Part shown: positions 53,213-64,000 of the stretch, piece after piece
Numbering within the stretch: the stretch's first letter is position 1
Layout of the letters: each line of letters opens with the position of its first letter
DNA from: Oceanospirillaceae bacterium
GTDB lineage: Bacteria; Pseudomonadota; Gammaproteobacteria; Pseudomonadales; Balneatricaceae
DNA: 64,000 nt
Reading direction: 5' to 3'
Assembly (NCBI GenBank): GCA_016845445.1
Contig: JAERSU010000257.1
Location: 2,873 to 66,872, forward strand
Program-made: the position numbers and the translations under genes
The notes under the pieces: model-generated
Databases searched by the model: none
What the model was told of the DNA's origin: nothing
Seen by the model: the letters and a program-made list of their open reading frames with translations, nothing else

Positions 53213-54712
53213 CTAGGCCTTACCTACTAGCTGTAATAGCTGGTTGAGTGGCAGAGCCGCTTGGGTGGCATCGGCCAGGCGGTCAATTTCCTTCGCACGA
53301 TGGCCTTGGTAGTCAAATGACTCAATGGCCGCCAGACCTGCCCAATTAAGAATGCTATCCAGTAGGCTGCTTTCATCCAGAATGCCATGTACGTAGCTAC
53401 CAATAACCGTATTGTCTTGATTACGAGCACCATCGGTGCGCTGGCCATGGTCATCATTAAGTTGTACTAGGGGGCGTTGAGTGTCTTCACCTTGGGTGGT
53501 GCCAACATGAATTTCGTATCCCCTGACAGGTGCATTGGTTGGCGTATCGGTAAAACCAAGCCATTGACCCTGCACATTACGTAGCTGTTTATCGCCTGCT
53601 AAGGTGGTTTCAATGTCTAATAGCCCTAAGCCTTGGCAGCTACCAGGTGCAGACTCGCTGCCAGCTGGATCATGTACCCAGGTGCCGAGCATTTGATAGC
53701 CACCACAGATACCCATAACCTTGCCACCAAGGCGCAAATGGCGCTGAATAAGTGCATCCCAGCCCTGTTCTTTCAGCCAAGCTAGGTCGCCGCGGGTGTT
53801 TTTACTACCGGGTAAGATGAGCAGATCGGCACCTTGATAGGCATTGATATCGCGTAGTAGTTGGCAGTCAACTTGTGGGTGCATGCGCAAGGCATCAAAG
53901 TCGGTGTGATTGCTGGCTCGCGGATACACAGGTACCACAACCTTTAGCTGTGCATTGGCATCGCCTAGTTGCTGCTTGGCAACGGCGTCTTCGGCTTCGA
54001 TATGCAGGTTGTGGATGTAAGGTACCACCGCCAGTACGGGTTTGCCGGTTTTATTTTCTAACCAGTCTAGGCCGCCTTGCAATAACGCCGGGTCGCCGCG
54101 GAAACGATTGATAACAAAGCCTTCTACCCGTTGTTGCTCCGACTCGCTGAGTAGGGCATAGGTGCCATAGAGATGGGCAAAAACGCCACCGCGGTCGATA
54201 TCAGCCACGATAATGACTGGGCAATCGACGGCTTCGGCAAAGCCCATATTGGCCAGATCGTGCTCGCGCAGGTTGATTTCTGCGGGGCTGCCAGCTCCCT
54301 CCACCATGACGATGTCGAATTCTTCACGTAGTTCATCGTGGGCCTTTACTACGTCTTTGAGTAGCTCGGGCTTATAGTGATGGTAGTCAACTGCTTTCAT
54401 GTTGCCGATGGCTTTGCCGCGCACAATAACTTGCGCGCCCAGGTCGCTATTTGGCTTTAGTAACACGGGATTCATACGCACGTCAGGTTGCAGATAGCAG
54501 GCTTCGGCTTGCACCGCCTGGGCGCGCCCAATTTCACCGCCATCAGGGGTGACAGCGCTGTTGAGGGCCATGTTTTGGCTCTTAAAGGGCGCTACCTTAA
54601 TACCTTTACGGGCTAACATGCGGCAAAGGGCGGTGACCAGCACGCTCTTACCAGCATCGGAAGTGGTGCCCTGTACCATTAGGGTATGCGGGTTGCCGTA
54701 TTGCTTGCTCAT
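53213..54712 (-). CDS. cobQ: Cobyric acid synthase
   Basis: [42 protein letters not shown]. Confidence 0.97.
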   Translation of the reverse strand: MSKQYGNPHTLMVQGTTSDAGKSVLVTALCRMLARKGIKVAPFKSQNMALNSAVTPDGGEIGRAQAVQAEACYLQPDVRMNPVLLKPNSDLGAQVIVRGKAIGNMKAVDYHHYKPELLKDVVKAHDELREEFDIVMVEGAGSPAEINLREHDLANMGFAEAVDCPVIIVADIDRGGVFAHLYGTYALLSESEQQRVEGFVINRFRGDPALLQGGLDWLENKTGKPVLAVVPYIHNLHIEAEDAVAKQQLGDANAQLKVVVPVYPRASNHTDFDALRMHPQVDCQLLRDINAYQGADLLILPGSKNTRGDLAWLKEQGWDALIQRHLRLGGKVMGICGGYQMLGTWVHDPAGSESAPGSCQGLGLLDIETTLAGDKQLRNVQGQWLGFTDTPTNAPVRGYEIHVGTTQGEDTQRPLVQLNDDHGQRTDGARNQDNTVIGSYVHGILDESSLLDSILNWAGLAAIESFDYQGHRAKEIDRLADATQAALPLNQLLQLVGKA

Positions 54713-57700
54713 TAGGCTTGTTCCTGCTGTTGGTCCATGTCGAGGAGTAACGCTTGCAATTGCTGGGCTTTATCCCCTGGCTCTTGCCACATGTTGCGTT
54801 GGCTGGCTTCTAACATGCGTTCGACCATTTCTTCTAGGGCAGCTGGGTTATGCTGGCGCAGAAAGGCTTGATTCTGAGGCTCAAGAATGAGCGCCTCAGT
54901 GACCTGGTCATATTGGTAATCATCGATTAAATCGGTGGTGGCATCGTAGGCAAATAGGTAGTCAACGCTAGCAGCCATTTCAAAGGCGCCCTTGTAACCA
55001 TGGCGTTGCATGGCAGCGATCCATTTTGGATTTAGTACCCGTGCCCGCAAGACACGATTGAGCTCTTCTTTTAGGGTGCGTGTTTTCGGCGCCGTGGGGT
55101 TGCTGTGATCACTGTGATACACCGCTGGTGCTGCACCTTTAAGTTGCGTTACGGCATTGGTCATGCCACCTTGGAATTGGTAATAGTCGTCACTGTCTAG
55201 CAGGTCGTGCTCACGGTTGTCCTGATTTTGCACCACCGCCTCTAGCTGGCCTAATCGCTGACTAAATTCGCCATGGGCAGGGATACCGTCAGCTGGTGCG
55301 TCCTTATCTTGGGCATTGCCAGACCAATTGCCATAGGCATAACCTCCCCAATTAACGTAGGCTTCGGCCAGATCGCTACGTTCATTCCAGCAACGCTCGT
55401 CGATTAAGCCCTGCAGGCCGGCGCCATAGGCTCCAGGCTTGCTGCCGTAAACACGGTAGGCTGCTTGGCGTTGGGCCTGTTGGGCATCCAGCCCTGTGGC
55501 TAGCAGTTGCTCTTGGCGGGCTTCAATATTGCTGCGGATGGTATTGCTGGTGCCAGGTTCGTCTAACTTGGCCAAGACCAGCACAGCCGCATCGTAGAGT
55601 TTCATGACATTCGGGAAGGCATCGCGAAAGAAGCCGGAAACCCGCAGGGTGACATCCACGCGAGGGCGGCCCAATTGCATGGCGGGGATGATCTCGAAAT
55701 CCACCACCCGTTGTGAGCCAGGTGCCCAAATAGGTTTTATGCCCATCAAGGCAAAGGCTTGGGCAATGTCATCGCCACCGGTACGCATGGTAGCAGTGCC
55801 CCACACAGAAAGGCCTAATTGCTTAGGAAAATCACCGTGTTCTTGTAGATGTCTTTCGATCAAAGAGCGAGCCGATAGTTGCCCTAATGCCCAGGCTGCA
55901 GGCGAAGGAACAGAACGATTGTCGAGGGAAAAGAAGTTGCGCCCAGTTGGTAGGGTGTCTAGGCGACCGCGAGTTGGGGCACCACTGGGCCCTGGTGGTA
56001 CGGCCTGGCCTCCCAAACCATTGATTAAGGCTTGAATCTCGTTATTCGCACTGGCCTCTAAGGCTTTATAGAGTACGCTTTGAGCATAGTGCATTTGCTG
56101 GCTGGTGGCGGGTAAGCTATGGCTCAGTGCGGTGATATCGCTATCACCAAGTAAGTAATCACTTACTATCTGCAACGCTTTTAATTCTAAGCGTTCTCGG
56201 GTGTCCATACTGGTGCGCCATGGGGCACTGGAAAGGGTTTGCAGAAGGCTGGGTGTAGGGCCCTGCCAAGGGCTCACTTCGGTTGCTAATGGGTCATAAT
56301 CCTGCAGACCTAAATCATCCCGAAGATTGTGCAAAATACCCTGCTCATGGGGTTGTTCGCCTCGAGGTAAACGGAGTAGGGCAACGAGGGTTTCGGCTAG
56401 CTCAGCGGTACCGGGTAACTCGCCCAAAATATGCAAACCATTGCGGATCTGAGATTCTTTGATGTCACATAGGTAGGCATCCAACTGGGCTAACAAGCTG
56501 TCTTCGTCAGCGTCTTTGGCTAGGCCAAGTTCTTCCTGTAAATGGCTGGCCGCTAGTTTGGCGACAATCTGTTCCCGTAACCATTGCTCCCGCTTGTTAT
56601 CCAAGCCACCCGCCTGATACAGCTCGTCCACCAAAAGTTCCAGTTCAGCCATATCACCGTAGGCTTCGGCACGGGCCATGGGCGGCATTAGGTGATCTAT
56701 AATCACCGCCTGGGTCCGCCGTTTGGCTTGTGCACCTTCTCCTGGGTCGTTAACGATAAACGGGTAAAAATGGGGCATGGGACCTAATACCAGATCCGGA
56801 TAACATGCTGCCGACAAGGCCACCCCCTTGCCCGGTAGCCATTCAAGGTTGCCGTGTTTGCCCACATGAATCATGGCCTCCACTTGGTAGCAGTGACGCA
56901 GCCAAAAGTAGAAGGCCAAATAACTGTGTGGTGGCACCAGGTCAGGGTCATGGTAGTTGGCAGCGAGGTCCATGTTGTAACCACGGGCGGGCTGGATGCC
57001 GACAAAGGTTTCTCCTAGGCGTGTGCCTGCAATCATGAGCCGCCCTTGGCGATATTTGGGGTCCTCTTCCGGCGCGCCCCATCGATCCCAAATTTGTTTC
57101 TGGTTGGCTTCCGGTAATTGGTCAAAATAGTGCATGTATTCATCCACGGCCAGGCTCTGCCAACAGGGTAGATGATGCAAGGTATTGGGGTTGTTAGTCA
57201 CTGATTCCAACAACATTTGAATCAGTGCTGTACCATCGGCAGGGAGGTCGGTAATGGGGTAACCAGCCTGTTCCATGGCACGCAGAATATTCACAGCAGA
57301 TGCCGGTGTGTCCAAACCCACACCATTGCCAATACGGCCATCTTTGGTGGGGTAGTTGGCCATGATAACGGCGATGCGCTTGTGGCCATTGGTTTTGGCT
57401 TGCAGGCCACAATAACGGCTAGCAAGTTGCGCAACAAACTTGGCTCGTTCTGGTTCCAACACATAGCGGGTTAGGCTTATTTGAGTACGTTCTAGGCGCT
57501 CGTCCATGCAGCGGAAGCTAATGGCTCGGGTCAGCACATGGCCATCCATTTCCGGTAACACCACCTGCATAGCGATATCGCGAGAGCGCAAACCTTGGCT
57601 GAATTCTTGCCAGGCGTCCCGCGTGGTGGAGCTCAGTACTAGCTGAAGCACTGGGATCTGGCGCTCTAAGGGCAGTTGATAATGGCTAGGCTCTGAACTT

Positions 57701-58557
57701 AGTGTGGGAGCGTCGACGCGGTTGTTGGCAAACCCCAGGCTACTAATTACCAACTTGGCATCAACTTGTGCAATGGTGTGATTAATCAGCTCTTTAGCCG
57801 CAGGGTCTTTTAATGAGGTGATGGCCAAGGCAATAGGGTTCAGTCCGGCCGTTTGCAGGGCTTTGAGCATGCCATCAAACATGCCCGTATTACCACTTTG
57901 TAAGTGGCTGCGATAAAACAGCAATACCACACTCGCAGCTGTGTTAGCAATGCCTTGCAAACTGGCTTGCTGACGCCAATCACTGAGACTAGCCTGGCTC
58001 TGCCCAGGTACATAGAGCATGGCCTGTGGCAATGTATAGGGCTCGTGCCAGCTAGCAGGTAAGTCATCAAGTAACTGTTGATGGCAATAGCGCAGCAAGC
58101 TGACACCATTGCCCACACCACCATTACGCAGGTAGGCCCAAAGCCGCAGATAGCTAGCTTCATCGACGCTGCTGGCAGCCAGTAGTTGCGGGTCTGGGGC
58201 ATCGTCACCTGGCACCAAGAGGAGTTGTCGGCCAGGCTTGGCTTGCTGCCAGGCCTGCAATCGTTCAAAGCCGTATTGCCAATAGCTGGCGCCACCCAAG
58301 AGTGACACCATGACAAGTTCAGCTTGTTCTAGCACCTTGTCTTCGTAGAGATCATAAGCCGCTGGTTTGAGTAGGTGACTCCAATTAGCCAAACGCAGAC
58401 TAGGCAGTTCATCACCAAGTTGTTCGGCGGCATCGGCAAGCATAGCCAGAGTGGTTTCGGCAGCGGCAAGCACCACCATGCGCCCTGGGTCCTGCCCCAG
58501 ATCGATGATGCCTTCCTCTTCAACAAAACCGCCCGGCTGGGCTGCTAGTAGATGCAT
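54712..58557 (-). CDS. cobN: Cobaltochelatase subunit CobN
   Basis: [36 protein letters not shown]. Confidence 0.97.
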   Translation of the reverse strand: MHLLAAQPGGFVEEEGIIDLGQDPGRMVVLAAAETTLAMLADAAEQLGDELPSLRLANWSHLLKPAAYDLYEDKVLEQAELVMVSLLGGASYWQYGFERLQAWQQAKPGRQLLLVPGDDAPDPQLLAASSVDEASYLRLWAYLRNGGVGNGVSLLRYCHQQLLDDLPASWHEPYTLPQAMLYVPGQSQASLSDWRQQASLQGIANTAASVVLLFYRSHLQSGNTGMFDGMLKALQTAGLNPIALAITSLKDPAAKELINHTIAQVDAKLVISSLGFANNRVDAPTLSSEPSHYQLPLERQIPVLQLVLSSTTRDAWQEFSQGLRSRDIAMQVVLPEMDGHVLTRAISFRCMDERLERTQISLTRYVLEPERAKFVAQLASRYCGLQAKTNGHKRIAVIMANYPTKDGRIGNGVGLDTPASAVNILRAMEQAGYPITDLPADGTALIQMLLESVTNNPNTLHHLPCWQSLAVDEYMHYFDQLPEANQKQIWDRWGAPEEDPKYRQGRLMIAGTRLGETFVGIQPARGYNMDLAANYHDPDLVPPHSYLAFYFWLRHCYQVEAMIHVGKHGNLEWLPGKGVALSAACYPDLVLGPMPHFYPFIVNDPGEGAQAKRRTQAVIIDHLMPPMARAEAYGDMAELELLVDELYQAGGLDNKREQWLREQIVAKLAASHLQEELGLAKDADEDSLLAQLDAYLCDIKESQIRNGLHILGELPGTAELAETLVALLRLPRGEQPHEQGILHNLRDDLGLQDYDPLATEVSPWQGPTPSLLQTLSSAPWRTSMDTRERLELKALQIVSDYLLGDSDITALSHSLPATSQQMHYAQSVLYKALEASANNEIQALINGLGGQAVPPGPSGAPTRGRLDTLPTGRNFFSLDNRSVPSPAAWALGQLSARSLIERHLQEHGDFPKQLGLSVWGTATMRTGGDDIAQAFALMGIKPIWAPGSQRVVDFEIIPAMQLGRPRVDVTLRVSGFFRDAFPNVMKLYDAAVLVLAKLDEPGTSNTIRSNIEARQEQLLATGLDAQQAQRQAAYRVYGSKPGAYGAGLQGLIDERCWNERSDLAEAYVNWGGYAYGNWSGNAQDKDAPADGIPAHGEFSQRLGQLEAVVQNQDNREHDLLDSDDYYQFQGGMTNAVTQLKGAAPAVYHSDHSNPTAPKTRTLKEELNRVLRARVLNPKWIAAMQRHGYKGAFEMAASVDYLFAYDATTDLIDDYQYDQVTEALILEPQNQAFLRQHNPAALEEMVERMLEASQRNMWQEPGDKAQQLQALLLDMDQQQEQA

Positions 58558-58572
58558 TGTTTTATCTCTATC

Positions 58573-58610
58573 ACACTGGGGTCCGACCCTTTAGGGTCAG
58601 GCCCCGATGG
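58573..58610. repeat. REP-like palindromic doublet
   Basis: ACACT-GGGGTCCGACCCT-TT-AGGGTCAGGCCCC-GATGG. Confidence 0.88.
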
Positions 58611-58616
58611 TCGTAA

Positions 58617-59711
58617 TTATACTTCTGCGCCTTTTAATGCATCGGTGAGCGTTGCCTCACTAATACCTTTACCAATAAACACCAGGGCTGTCGCTCGATC
58701 TTCATCCATCTGCCAGAGACGGTCAAAGTGGCTTTCCAGTCGCTGGCCGACAGCCTGTAATACTTGACGCATGGGCTTGCCAGGCAGGGCGGCAAAGCCC
58801 TTGCAGCGATAGATGTTGTATTGGGCAAGTAGATCCTGCAGGATCTTTTCCAACTTGTCACCGTCCACTTCACCAAGCTTAATCACATAGGAATCAAAGT
58901 GGTCGTGGGCATGGTCGTGATCATGGCCATGATCGTGGTGATGATCGTGATGGGTATGCACGCTCTCGATGCGCTCTTCGGCCGCGGCTTCCAAGCCCAT
59001 AACCAGTTCAATGTTGGCATCGCTCTGTCCATCGGCGCCCTGGCCGATATAGGCGGTTTTTACCGCATCTGCTACCTTGTTGTTGACCACGCCTTCGACC
59101 TTGACACGTTCTTCGGCGTTGAGTAGGTCGCTTTTAGACACCAGTACTAGATCAGCGGCACTAAGCTGGTCGTCGAGTAACTCTGCTAGATCAGGGTCGT
59201 GATCCAAGCTGTCATCGGCTTCACGCTGTGCTTGCACCTGGCCCTCGTCATGGGCAAAGCGGCCAGCCGCCACGGCAGGACCATCAATCACCGTGATGAC
59301 GGCATCAACGGTGCAGTGCTGTTTGATGTCTGGCCAATTGAAGGCTTGTACGAGGGGCTTGGGTAGCGCAAGACCACTGGTTTCAATGAGAATATGGTCA
59401 ATGTCATCACGGCGTTTTACCAGCTCTTGCATGACCGGCAAAAACTCTTCTTCTACGGTGCAACAGATGCAACCGTTAGCGAGTTCATAAATGCCTTGCT
59501 GGGTGCTAGCGGCTTGATTTTCTTCGCCATCTTCGCAATCTAATGGACAGCTGCGGATGAGGTCTGCGTCGATATCCAGTTCGCCAAATTCATTGACAAT
59601 TACCGCGATGCGTTTGCCTTGCGCTTGGCGCATCACGTTGGATAGCAGGGTGGTTTTGCCGCTGCCAAGGAAACCGGTTACTACGGTTGCCGGGATTTTG
59701 TTCAATTGCAT
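58617..59711 (-). CDS. cobW: Cobalamin biosynthesis G3E GTPase CobW
   Basis: TGFLGSGKTT, NGCICC, ETSGLALP, His-rich tract; start MQLNK at 59711. Confidence 0.95.
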   Translation of the reverse strand: MQLNKIPATVVTGFLGSGKTTLLSNVMRQAQGKRIAVIVNEFGELDIDADLIRSCPLDCEDGEENQAASTQQGIYELANGCICCTVEEEFLPVMQELVKRRDDIDHILIETSGLALPKPLVQAFNWPDIKQHCTVDAVITVIDGPAVAAGRFAHDEGQVQAQREADDSLDHDPDLAELLDDQLSAADLVLVSKSDLLNAEERVKVEGVVNNKVADAVKTAYIGQGADGQSDANIELVMGLEAAAEERIESVHTHHDHHHDHGHDHDHAHDHFDSYVIKLGEVDGDKLEKILQDLLAQYNIYRCKGFAALPGKPMRQVLQAVGQRLESHFDRLWQMDEDRATALVFIGKGISEATLTDALKGAEV

Positions 59712-59725
59712 ACTGTTTATCCTAT

Positions 59726-59747
59726 GTAGGTCGGGCTTTGGCTCGAC
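59726..59747 (+). repeat. GTAG-tagged REP-like hairpin
   Basis: GTAG-GTCGGGC-TTTG-GCTCGAC. Confidence 0.55.
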
Positions 59748-59785
59748 GTTTAGCCATGGGTAGGACTTATATCCTGCTGGCAATA

Positions 59786-60556
59786 TTATTTTTTACTATG
59801 GTCTTTCTTGCGATATATATGAGCCTGACCTTCATCGTAAAGGTAAGAATCATCAAAGTTATCGGCGTCCAATACATGGCCGACAATCACTAGGGACGTA
59901 CGGGTAAATTTCCTTTCGCGGACTTTTTCCACTATGTCACCTAAGGTGCCGACCACCTTGTCCTGATCAGGCCAGCTGGTGCGATAACACACAGCCACTG
60001 GGCAATCTTTACCATAGAATGGAATTAAGTCATCGACGATCTTGTGAATACGCGTCACACCTAAATGAATGGCTAGGGTAGCGCCAGTGGCCGCCAGGGC
60101 CGGCAAGCGTTCACGCTCTGGGAAGGGAGTTTTGCCTTCGTAGCGAGTCAAAATCACGGTCTGGGAGATGCCAGATAGAGTGAGTTCTTTGCCCAACCAG
60201 GCGGCGGATGCCGAGGTGGCCATGACCCCAGGGATGATCTGGTAATCAATGCCAAGGTCTTCTAGTTTACGGATCTGCTCACCGATAGCACCGTATAACA
60301 TAGGGTCGCCAGAGTGTAGACGGGCCACATCCTGACCCTTGTCATGGGCTGCTACCATGTAATCAACAATGGCATCCAGTGCTAAGGAGGCCGTATCCAC
60401 CACCAGAGCGCCACGAGAACGGGCGGTGGCCATGTTTTCTTCTGGAATTAGGGAACCAGCAAACAGCACCACGGGCGCCTCGTCGAGTAAACGTTGGCCC
60501 TTGATGGTCATCAATTCCGGATCACCGGGACCTGCACCGATAAAATAAACGGTCAT
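59786..60556 (-). CDS. cobM: Precorrin-4 C11-methyltransferase
   Basis: GAGPGDPELMT, RLHSGDP..YGAIGEQ, SQTVILTR. Confidence 0.95.
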   Translation of the reverse strand: MTVYFIGAGPGDPELMTIKGQRLLDEAPVVLFAGSLIPEENMATARSRGALVVDTASLALDAIVDYMVAAHDKGQDVARLHSGDPMLYGAIGEQIRKLEDLGIDYQIIPGVMATSASAAWLGKELTLSGISQTVILTRYEGKTPFPERERLPALAATGATLAIHLGVTRIHKIVDDLIPFYGKDCPVAVCYRTSWPDQDKVVGTLGDIVEKVRERKFTRTSLVIVGHVLDADNFDDSYLYDEGQAHIYRKKDHSKK

Positions 60557-60567
60557 ATTAATATCCT

Positions 60568-60610
60568 TGAACCTAGCACTTTGGGGTCTGACCCCAAAGT
60601 GCCAGGTGTG
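60568..60610. repeat. REP-like triplet (variant-core-variant), long inverted repeat
   Basis: TGAACCTAGCACT-TT-GGGGTCTGACCCC-AA-AGTGCCAGGTGTG. Confidence 0.88.
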
Positions 60611-60625
60611 TTTACATTTGAATTC

Positions 60626-61402
60626 TTATAGTTTCTTTTGGTAGCCACGCGGGGTGTAAACCCACTCTTTGCTACCGTTAACAATGTGGCGAGACTCGCT
60701 GTTACCCACGGACACTAAGGTAAACATGTCAACGTCCTTGGCATCCAGTTCATCGAGGCGAATGATGCGAATGCTTTCGTCAGGTCGCGTCAATTGGCGG
60801 CCTAGCAATACCGGCGTGGAGGCTGGGCGGTGCTCTAATAGAATGTCGCGAGCCTTGTTGAGTTGCCAGTCACGCTTCTTCGAAACCGGGTTGTAGAAGG
60901 ACACGACAAAATCGCCTTCGCCGGCTTTTTCGATACGTTTAAGGATGGTTTCCCAAGGCGTTAGCAGGTCAGACAAAGAGATGGTACAGAAATCGTGGCC
61001 TAAAAGAGCCCCGACACGGCTGGCACCGGCTTGCATGGCTGAGATACCGGGGATCACTTGGATCTCAATATCGAGCCATTCTGGGTGCTTTTCCTTGCCT
61101 TCAAGTTGCATGTCTAGCAGTTCAAATACCAGTGTGGCCATGGCATAGATGCCGATGTCACCGCTGGAAATCAAGGCCGTGGTTTTACCACTAGCAGCAA
61201 TATCCAAGGCCAAACGAGCACGGCCAATTTCTTCACCTAGAGGCAGGTCGTGATGGGTTTTGCCATCGCACACATCACCCAATATTTGCAGGTATAGGCC
61301 ATAGGCAACCAGATCTGTACTGGCGGCAATGGCAGCGTGGGCTTTAGGGGCGACCAGCTGGCTATCGCCTGGACCGGTGCTGACAACGAATAGTTTTGTC
61401 AT
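60626..61402 (-). CDS. cobJ: Precorrin-3B C17-methyltransferase
   Basis: ISSGDIGIYAMA, HDFCTISLSDLLTPW, YTPRGY. Confidence 0.93.
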   Translation of the reverse strand: MTKLFVVSTGPGDSQLVAPKAHAAIAASTDLVAYGLYLQILGDVCDGKTHHDLPLGEEIGRARLALDIAASGKTTALISSGDIGIYAMATLVFELLDMQLEGKEKHPEWLDIEIQVIPGISAMQAGASRVGALLGHDFCTISLSDLLTPWETILKRIEKAGEGDFVVSFYNPVSKKRDWQLNKARDILLEHRPASTPVLLGRQLTRPDESIRIIRLDELDAKDVDMFTLVSVGNSESRHIVNGSKEWVYTPRGYQKKL

Positions 61403-61423
61403 GTTTCTTTCTCATTCATGTTT

Positions 61424-61466
61424 ATAGTCTGTCCCATTGGGGTCAGACCCCAATGGGACAGACTGT
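61424..61466. repeat. REP-like triplet forming a 39-bp perfect inverted repeat
   Basis: AGTCTGTCCCATTGGGGTC-A-GACCCCAATGGGACAGACT (61426-61464). Confidence 0.9.
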
Positions 61467-61467
61467 G

Positions 61468-62265
61468 TTAATCTATTTGCCCTGTGCTACCACTGCCTGG
61501 TGGGTAGGCGCGGGCGATGGCACAGGTAGCTTTTGTGGTTTTTTGTTTGGCCATAAGCAATTCTGCGCTGGACTGGGTGGCTTGTTGGGCAGCCCAGAGG
61601 GCGGCTGATTCAGCTACGCCATAGACGCCTACGGTTTGGTAGACGTATTCAGATGGCGTGGCCAGTTGTTCGTTAACGCCCGCTAGGGCCTCGGCAGTAA
61701 AGGTTTGGTAGAGTTTGCCATTGGCTTTGGCAAGCTCAATGAGTCCTACTTCATCCGCTTTGATGTCGATGCTGTTGATGGTGGCTATGTCAGCCATGCT
61801 AAGGCCCTGTTCGGCTAGGCACTGTTCCAGAAAGGCCTGTAAATGAGCTTGCTCACAGCCACGTTCGCATCCCATGCCAACGGTGTAGACAGGCTGCAAA
61901 TAGGGTTTGGCGGTGGTCATCACCAGGGTGGCATCAAGCTTGTCACTGACCTGACGGCCCCATTCATTGGCGCCTCCTTCGTGACCAGAAATCAACGGGA
62001 TGACAAATTCACCTTGTTCATCTAATACCAGCACCGCGGGATCGCGGTACTTGTCTTGCAGCACGGGGGCCAGGGTGCGTACGGCTATGCCCGTAGCGCA
62101 AATCAATATTAAGCGTTCGCCATGTTCAAAGGCCGTTTGTACCGTCTCGGTAAAGGGCTGGGGGCGTAATTGAAAACTTACCGGCTGCTCAGCCGTTTGT
62201 AAGAGGCTTTGGAGGCGCTGGCCGAGGCTAGCGCCGGCGTCGGTAAGAGCAAAGATACGGATCAT
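61468..62265 (-). CDS. cbiG: CbiG-family protein (N- and C-terminal domains)
   Basis: ATGIAVRTLAP..DKYRDPAV, LISGHEGGAN, GMGCERG, GVAESAAL. Confidence 0.85.
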   Translation of the reverse strand: MIRIFALTDAGASLGQRLQSLLQTAEQPVSFQLRPQPFTETVQTAFEHGERLILICATGIAVRTLAPVLQDKYRDPAVLVLDEQGEFVIPLISGHEGGANEWGRQVSDKLDATLVMTTAKPYLQPVYTVGMGCERGCEQAHLQAFLEQCLAEQGLSMADIATINSIDIKADEVGLIELAKANGKLYQTFTAEALAGVNEQLATPSEYVYQTVGVYGVAESAALWAAQQATQSSAELLMAKQKTTKATCAIARAYPPGSGSTGQID

Positions 62266-63002
62266 GCTGGACGCTCCTGGCGCAGTATGACAAACAGGGA
62301 AAAATAAGGGCCCGGCTCATCGGCTAGGTTGTCCAAATCATTAATAATGCGCTGGTTGTCGCGGCCGATGTATTCGAGGTAATTGCCATCTTGCCAGCGG
62401 CCGGTGGCGTGCAGCATGGCTAGTATACGGGGGCGGGCCCGGCCGGCTTTCATAATCACGACACTGTCATGTTGTTCTAGGGCAGAGCGCAGTTGCTCAT
62501 CAGTATGGCGGCCACTAACGACCACAAAGGACTCCTGCAACAGGGTCAGGGGTTGTTGTAAGGCAGAGGCTGAAGCGTTAACGGAGGAAATGCCCGGTAC
62601 AACCAAACAGTTGAAATCATCACTTAAGCGCTGCAGTAGGTAGCTAAAGGAACCAAAGAACAGTGGGTCGCCTTCGCAGAGAAACACCACTGATTGGCCC
62701 GCTTGTAGGTGCTGGCGCAGCTGCTCAGCCGCCTGGTCGTAGGCCGCATTGGCCAGGATGCGATCAGTGCTCATGGGCATGGGTACGGCCACTTCTTCTA
62801 CAGGCGTACTGCGCTGGGCGAGGCTATAGCGGGCAATATCGCGAGCTTGTGAGTGACCATCGGTATTGGCGATATAACTGACAACATCGGCGCTTTGAAT
62901 GAGCTGATGAGTTTTCATGGTGACGAGTAATGGATCACCAGGGCCAACACCAGCACCATAAAAGGTGCCGGCTGTTGCTGTATAGATAGGCATGTCAGAC
63001 AT
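62262..63002 (-). CDS. cobI: Precorrin-2 C20-methyltransferase
   Basis: GVGPGDPLLVT, LCEGDPLFFGSF, PYFSL. Confidence 0.92.
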   Translation of the reverse strand: MSDMPIYTATAGTFYGAGVGPGDPLLVTMKTHQLIQSADVVSYIANTDGHSQARDIARYSLAQRSTPVEEVAVPMPMSTDRILANAAYDQAAEQLRQHLQAGQSVVFLCEGDPLFFGSFSYLLQRLSDDFNCLVVPGISSVNASASALQQPLTLLQESFVVVSGRHTDEQLRSALEQHDSVVIMKAGRARPRILAMLHATGRWQDGNYLEYIGRDNQRIINDLDNLADEPGPYFSLFVILRQERPA

Positions 63003-63999
63003 AGGGTTTGTCCCAGCAGATCAGGGTTATAGGTAAATTAGGGCGCAGTAAATCCTGGCCAGCAAGCTTATCCGCACGGCTGATGCTGACCTGCAGAAGT
63101 TCGGCTATGTCCACTTCATGGGCCGGGCCAAATTGCATAAGATTGAACTTGCTTTGCTCGGTAACGGCACTAGCCAGTAGCCGGCCACCCGGCTTCAGGG
63201 CTTGCCAGGCTTGCTCTAAAATGTCATTCATGGCACCGCCACTGCCACCGATAAATACCTTGTTAGGTGCTGGTAGATTAGCCAAGGCTTGCGGTGCACG
63301 GGCCTGCAATAGGTGTAGATTTTGCCCTACGCCAAACTTTTCTCGGTTGGCCTGCAGGCAGCCAAAGCGTTGCTGGTGATGTTCAATGGCGTGTACTTCA
63401 CCTTGGGGATTCCACAAGGCCCATTCCACGGCTACGCCGCCACAGCCGGCGCCAATATCCCAGCCAATCTGGCCAGGCCCGGCTTGCAGCAAAGATAAAA
63501 TAGCTAAGCGAACTTCTCGTTTGGTCAACAAACCACGGCCGGTCTCGCCGTCGGTAACAAACAGCTCATCGGCGATGCCAGGGAAGTTGGGGATGACACC
63601 GCCTTGGCCACGGGTCTCAATGACCGTGACATGTAGTGGGTCAAACTGCAGTTCGCAGTGCAATAATTCGGCCACACTGAATTGGCGGTTTTGTTGATCG
63701 TCATAACCGAGGCGCTCACACACATGTAGACGCGAATCAGCTAGCTTAACCTCGTTGAGAATCTGCGCTAGGTGTTGCGGTTGACTGTGTTGGTCGGTGA
63801 GTACCAACAAACTTCGATTGGCCTGCAAGTGTCGGCGTATGCTTGACGTTGGGCGGCCATGTAGGCTGACCAGTTGGGCATCCTGTAGCGATAATCCTGT
63901 TAGCTGACAGGCGCCCTGTAGGCTGGATACACCCGTGTAGCAGTGCACTTGATTTGGCAACTGTTGCTGGAGGTATTTACCAATGCCGTACAACAAGGG
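62995..63999 (-). CDS. cobL: Precorrin-6Y C5,15-methyltransferase (decarboxylating), 5' truncated by window
   Basis: VSLHGR, LTKREVR, WDIGAGCG, VFIGGSG. Confidence 0.92.
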   Translation of the reverse strand, partial: PLLYGIGKYLQQQLPNQVHCYTGVSSLQGACQLTGLSLQDAQLVSLHGRPTSSIRRHLQANRSLLVLTDQHSQPQHLAQILNEVKLADSRLHVCERLGYDDQQNRQFSVAELLHCELQFDPLHVTVIETRGQGGVIPNFPGIADELFVTDGETGRGLLTKREVRLAILSLLQAGPGQIGWDIGAGCGGVAVEWALWNPQGEVHAIEHHQQRFGCLQANREKFGVGQNLHLLQARAPQALANLPAPNKVFIGGSGGAMNDILEQAWQALKPGGRLLASAVTEQSKFNLMQFGPAHEVDIAELLQVSISRADKLAGQDLLRPNLPITLICWDKPYV

Positions 64000-64000
64000 G

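Noticed and set aside
58899-58962. Low-complexity His/Asp codon repeats in cobW
   Set aside because: Ordinary His-rich metal-binding tract of the CobW family.

Overview
Chromosomal window of a marine-type gammaproteobacterium (gene order resembles Oceanospirillales/Pseudomonadales). It is mostly core metabolism: the 3' end of assimilatory nitrate reductase, rimJ, radA, hemB, an ABC-F ATPase, FKBP PPIase, a PuuD-like protein, trxB, yrfG-hslR-(AEC transporter)-hslO-pckA, tex, gshA, nrdR-ribD-ribB(X)-ribH-nusB-thiL-pgpA, dsbB and glnK. It continues with a glucose-type ABC importer plus two-component system, comM, rep, cytochrome c5, tRNA-Arg(CCG), a ParE toxin-antitoxin pair, a TPP-riboswitch-led thiamine operon and part of a cobalamin cluster. 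No CRISPR array, integrase or transposase is visible. The strongest unexplained signals are non-coding or accessory: (1) a dispersed family of 13-bp palindromic units (RGGGTC-W-GACCCY) at eight intergenic loci, as singlets, doublets and triplets with a 15-bp period and shared oriented flanks; (2) an unannotated CsrA/RsmA-titrating-like sRNA at about 6700-6832; (3) a candidate three-way-junction RNA leader upstream of an EamA transporter; (4) a probable fused ParC-like/PaaA2-like antitoxin paired with ParE. All family assignments are from reading the sequence; no searches were run.
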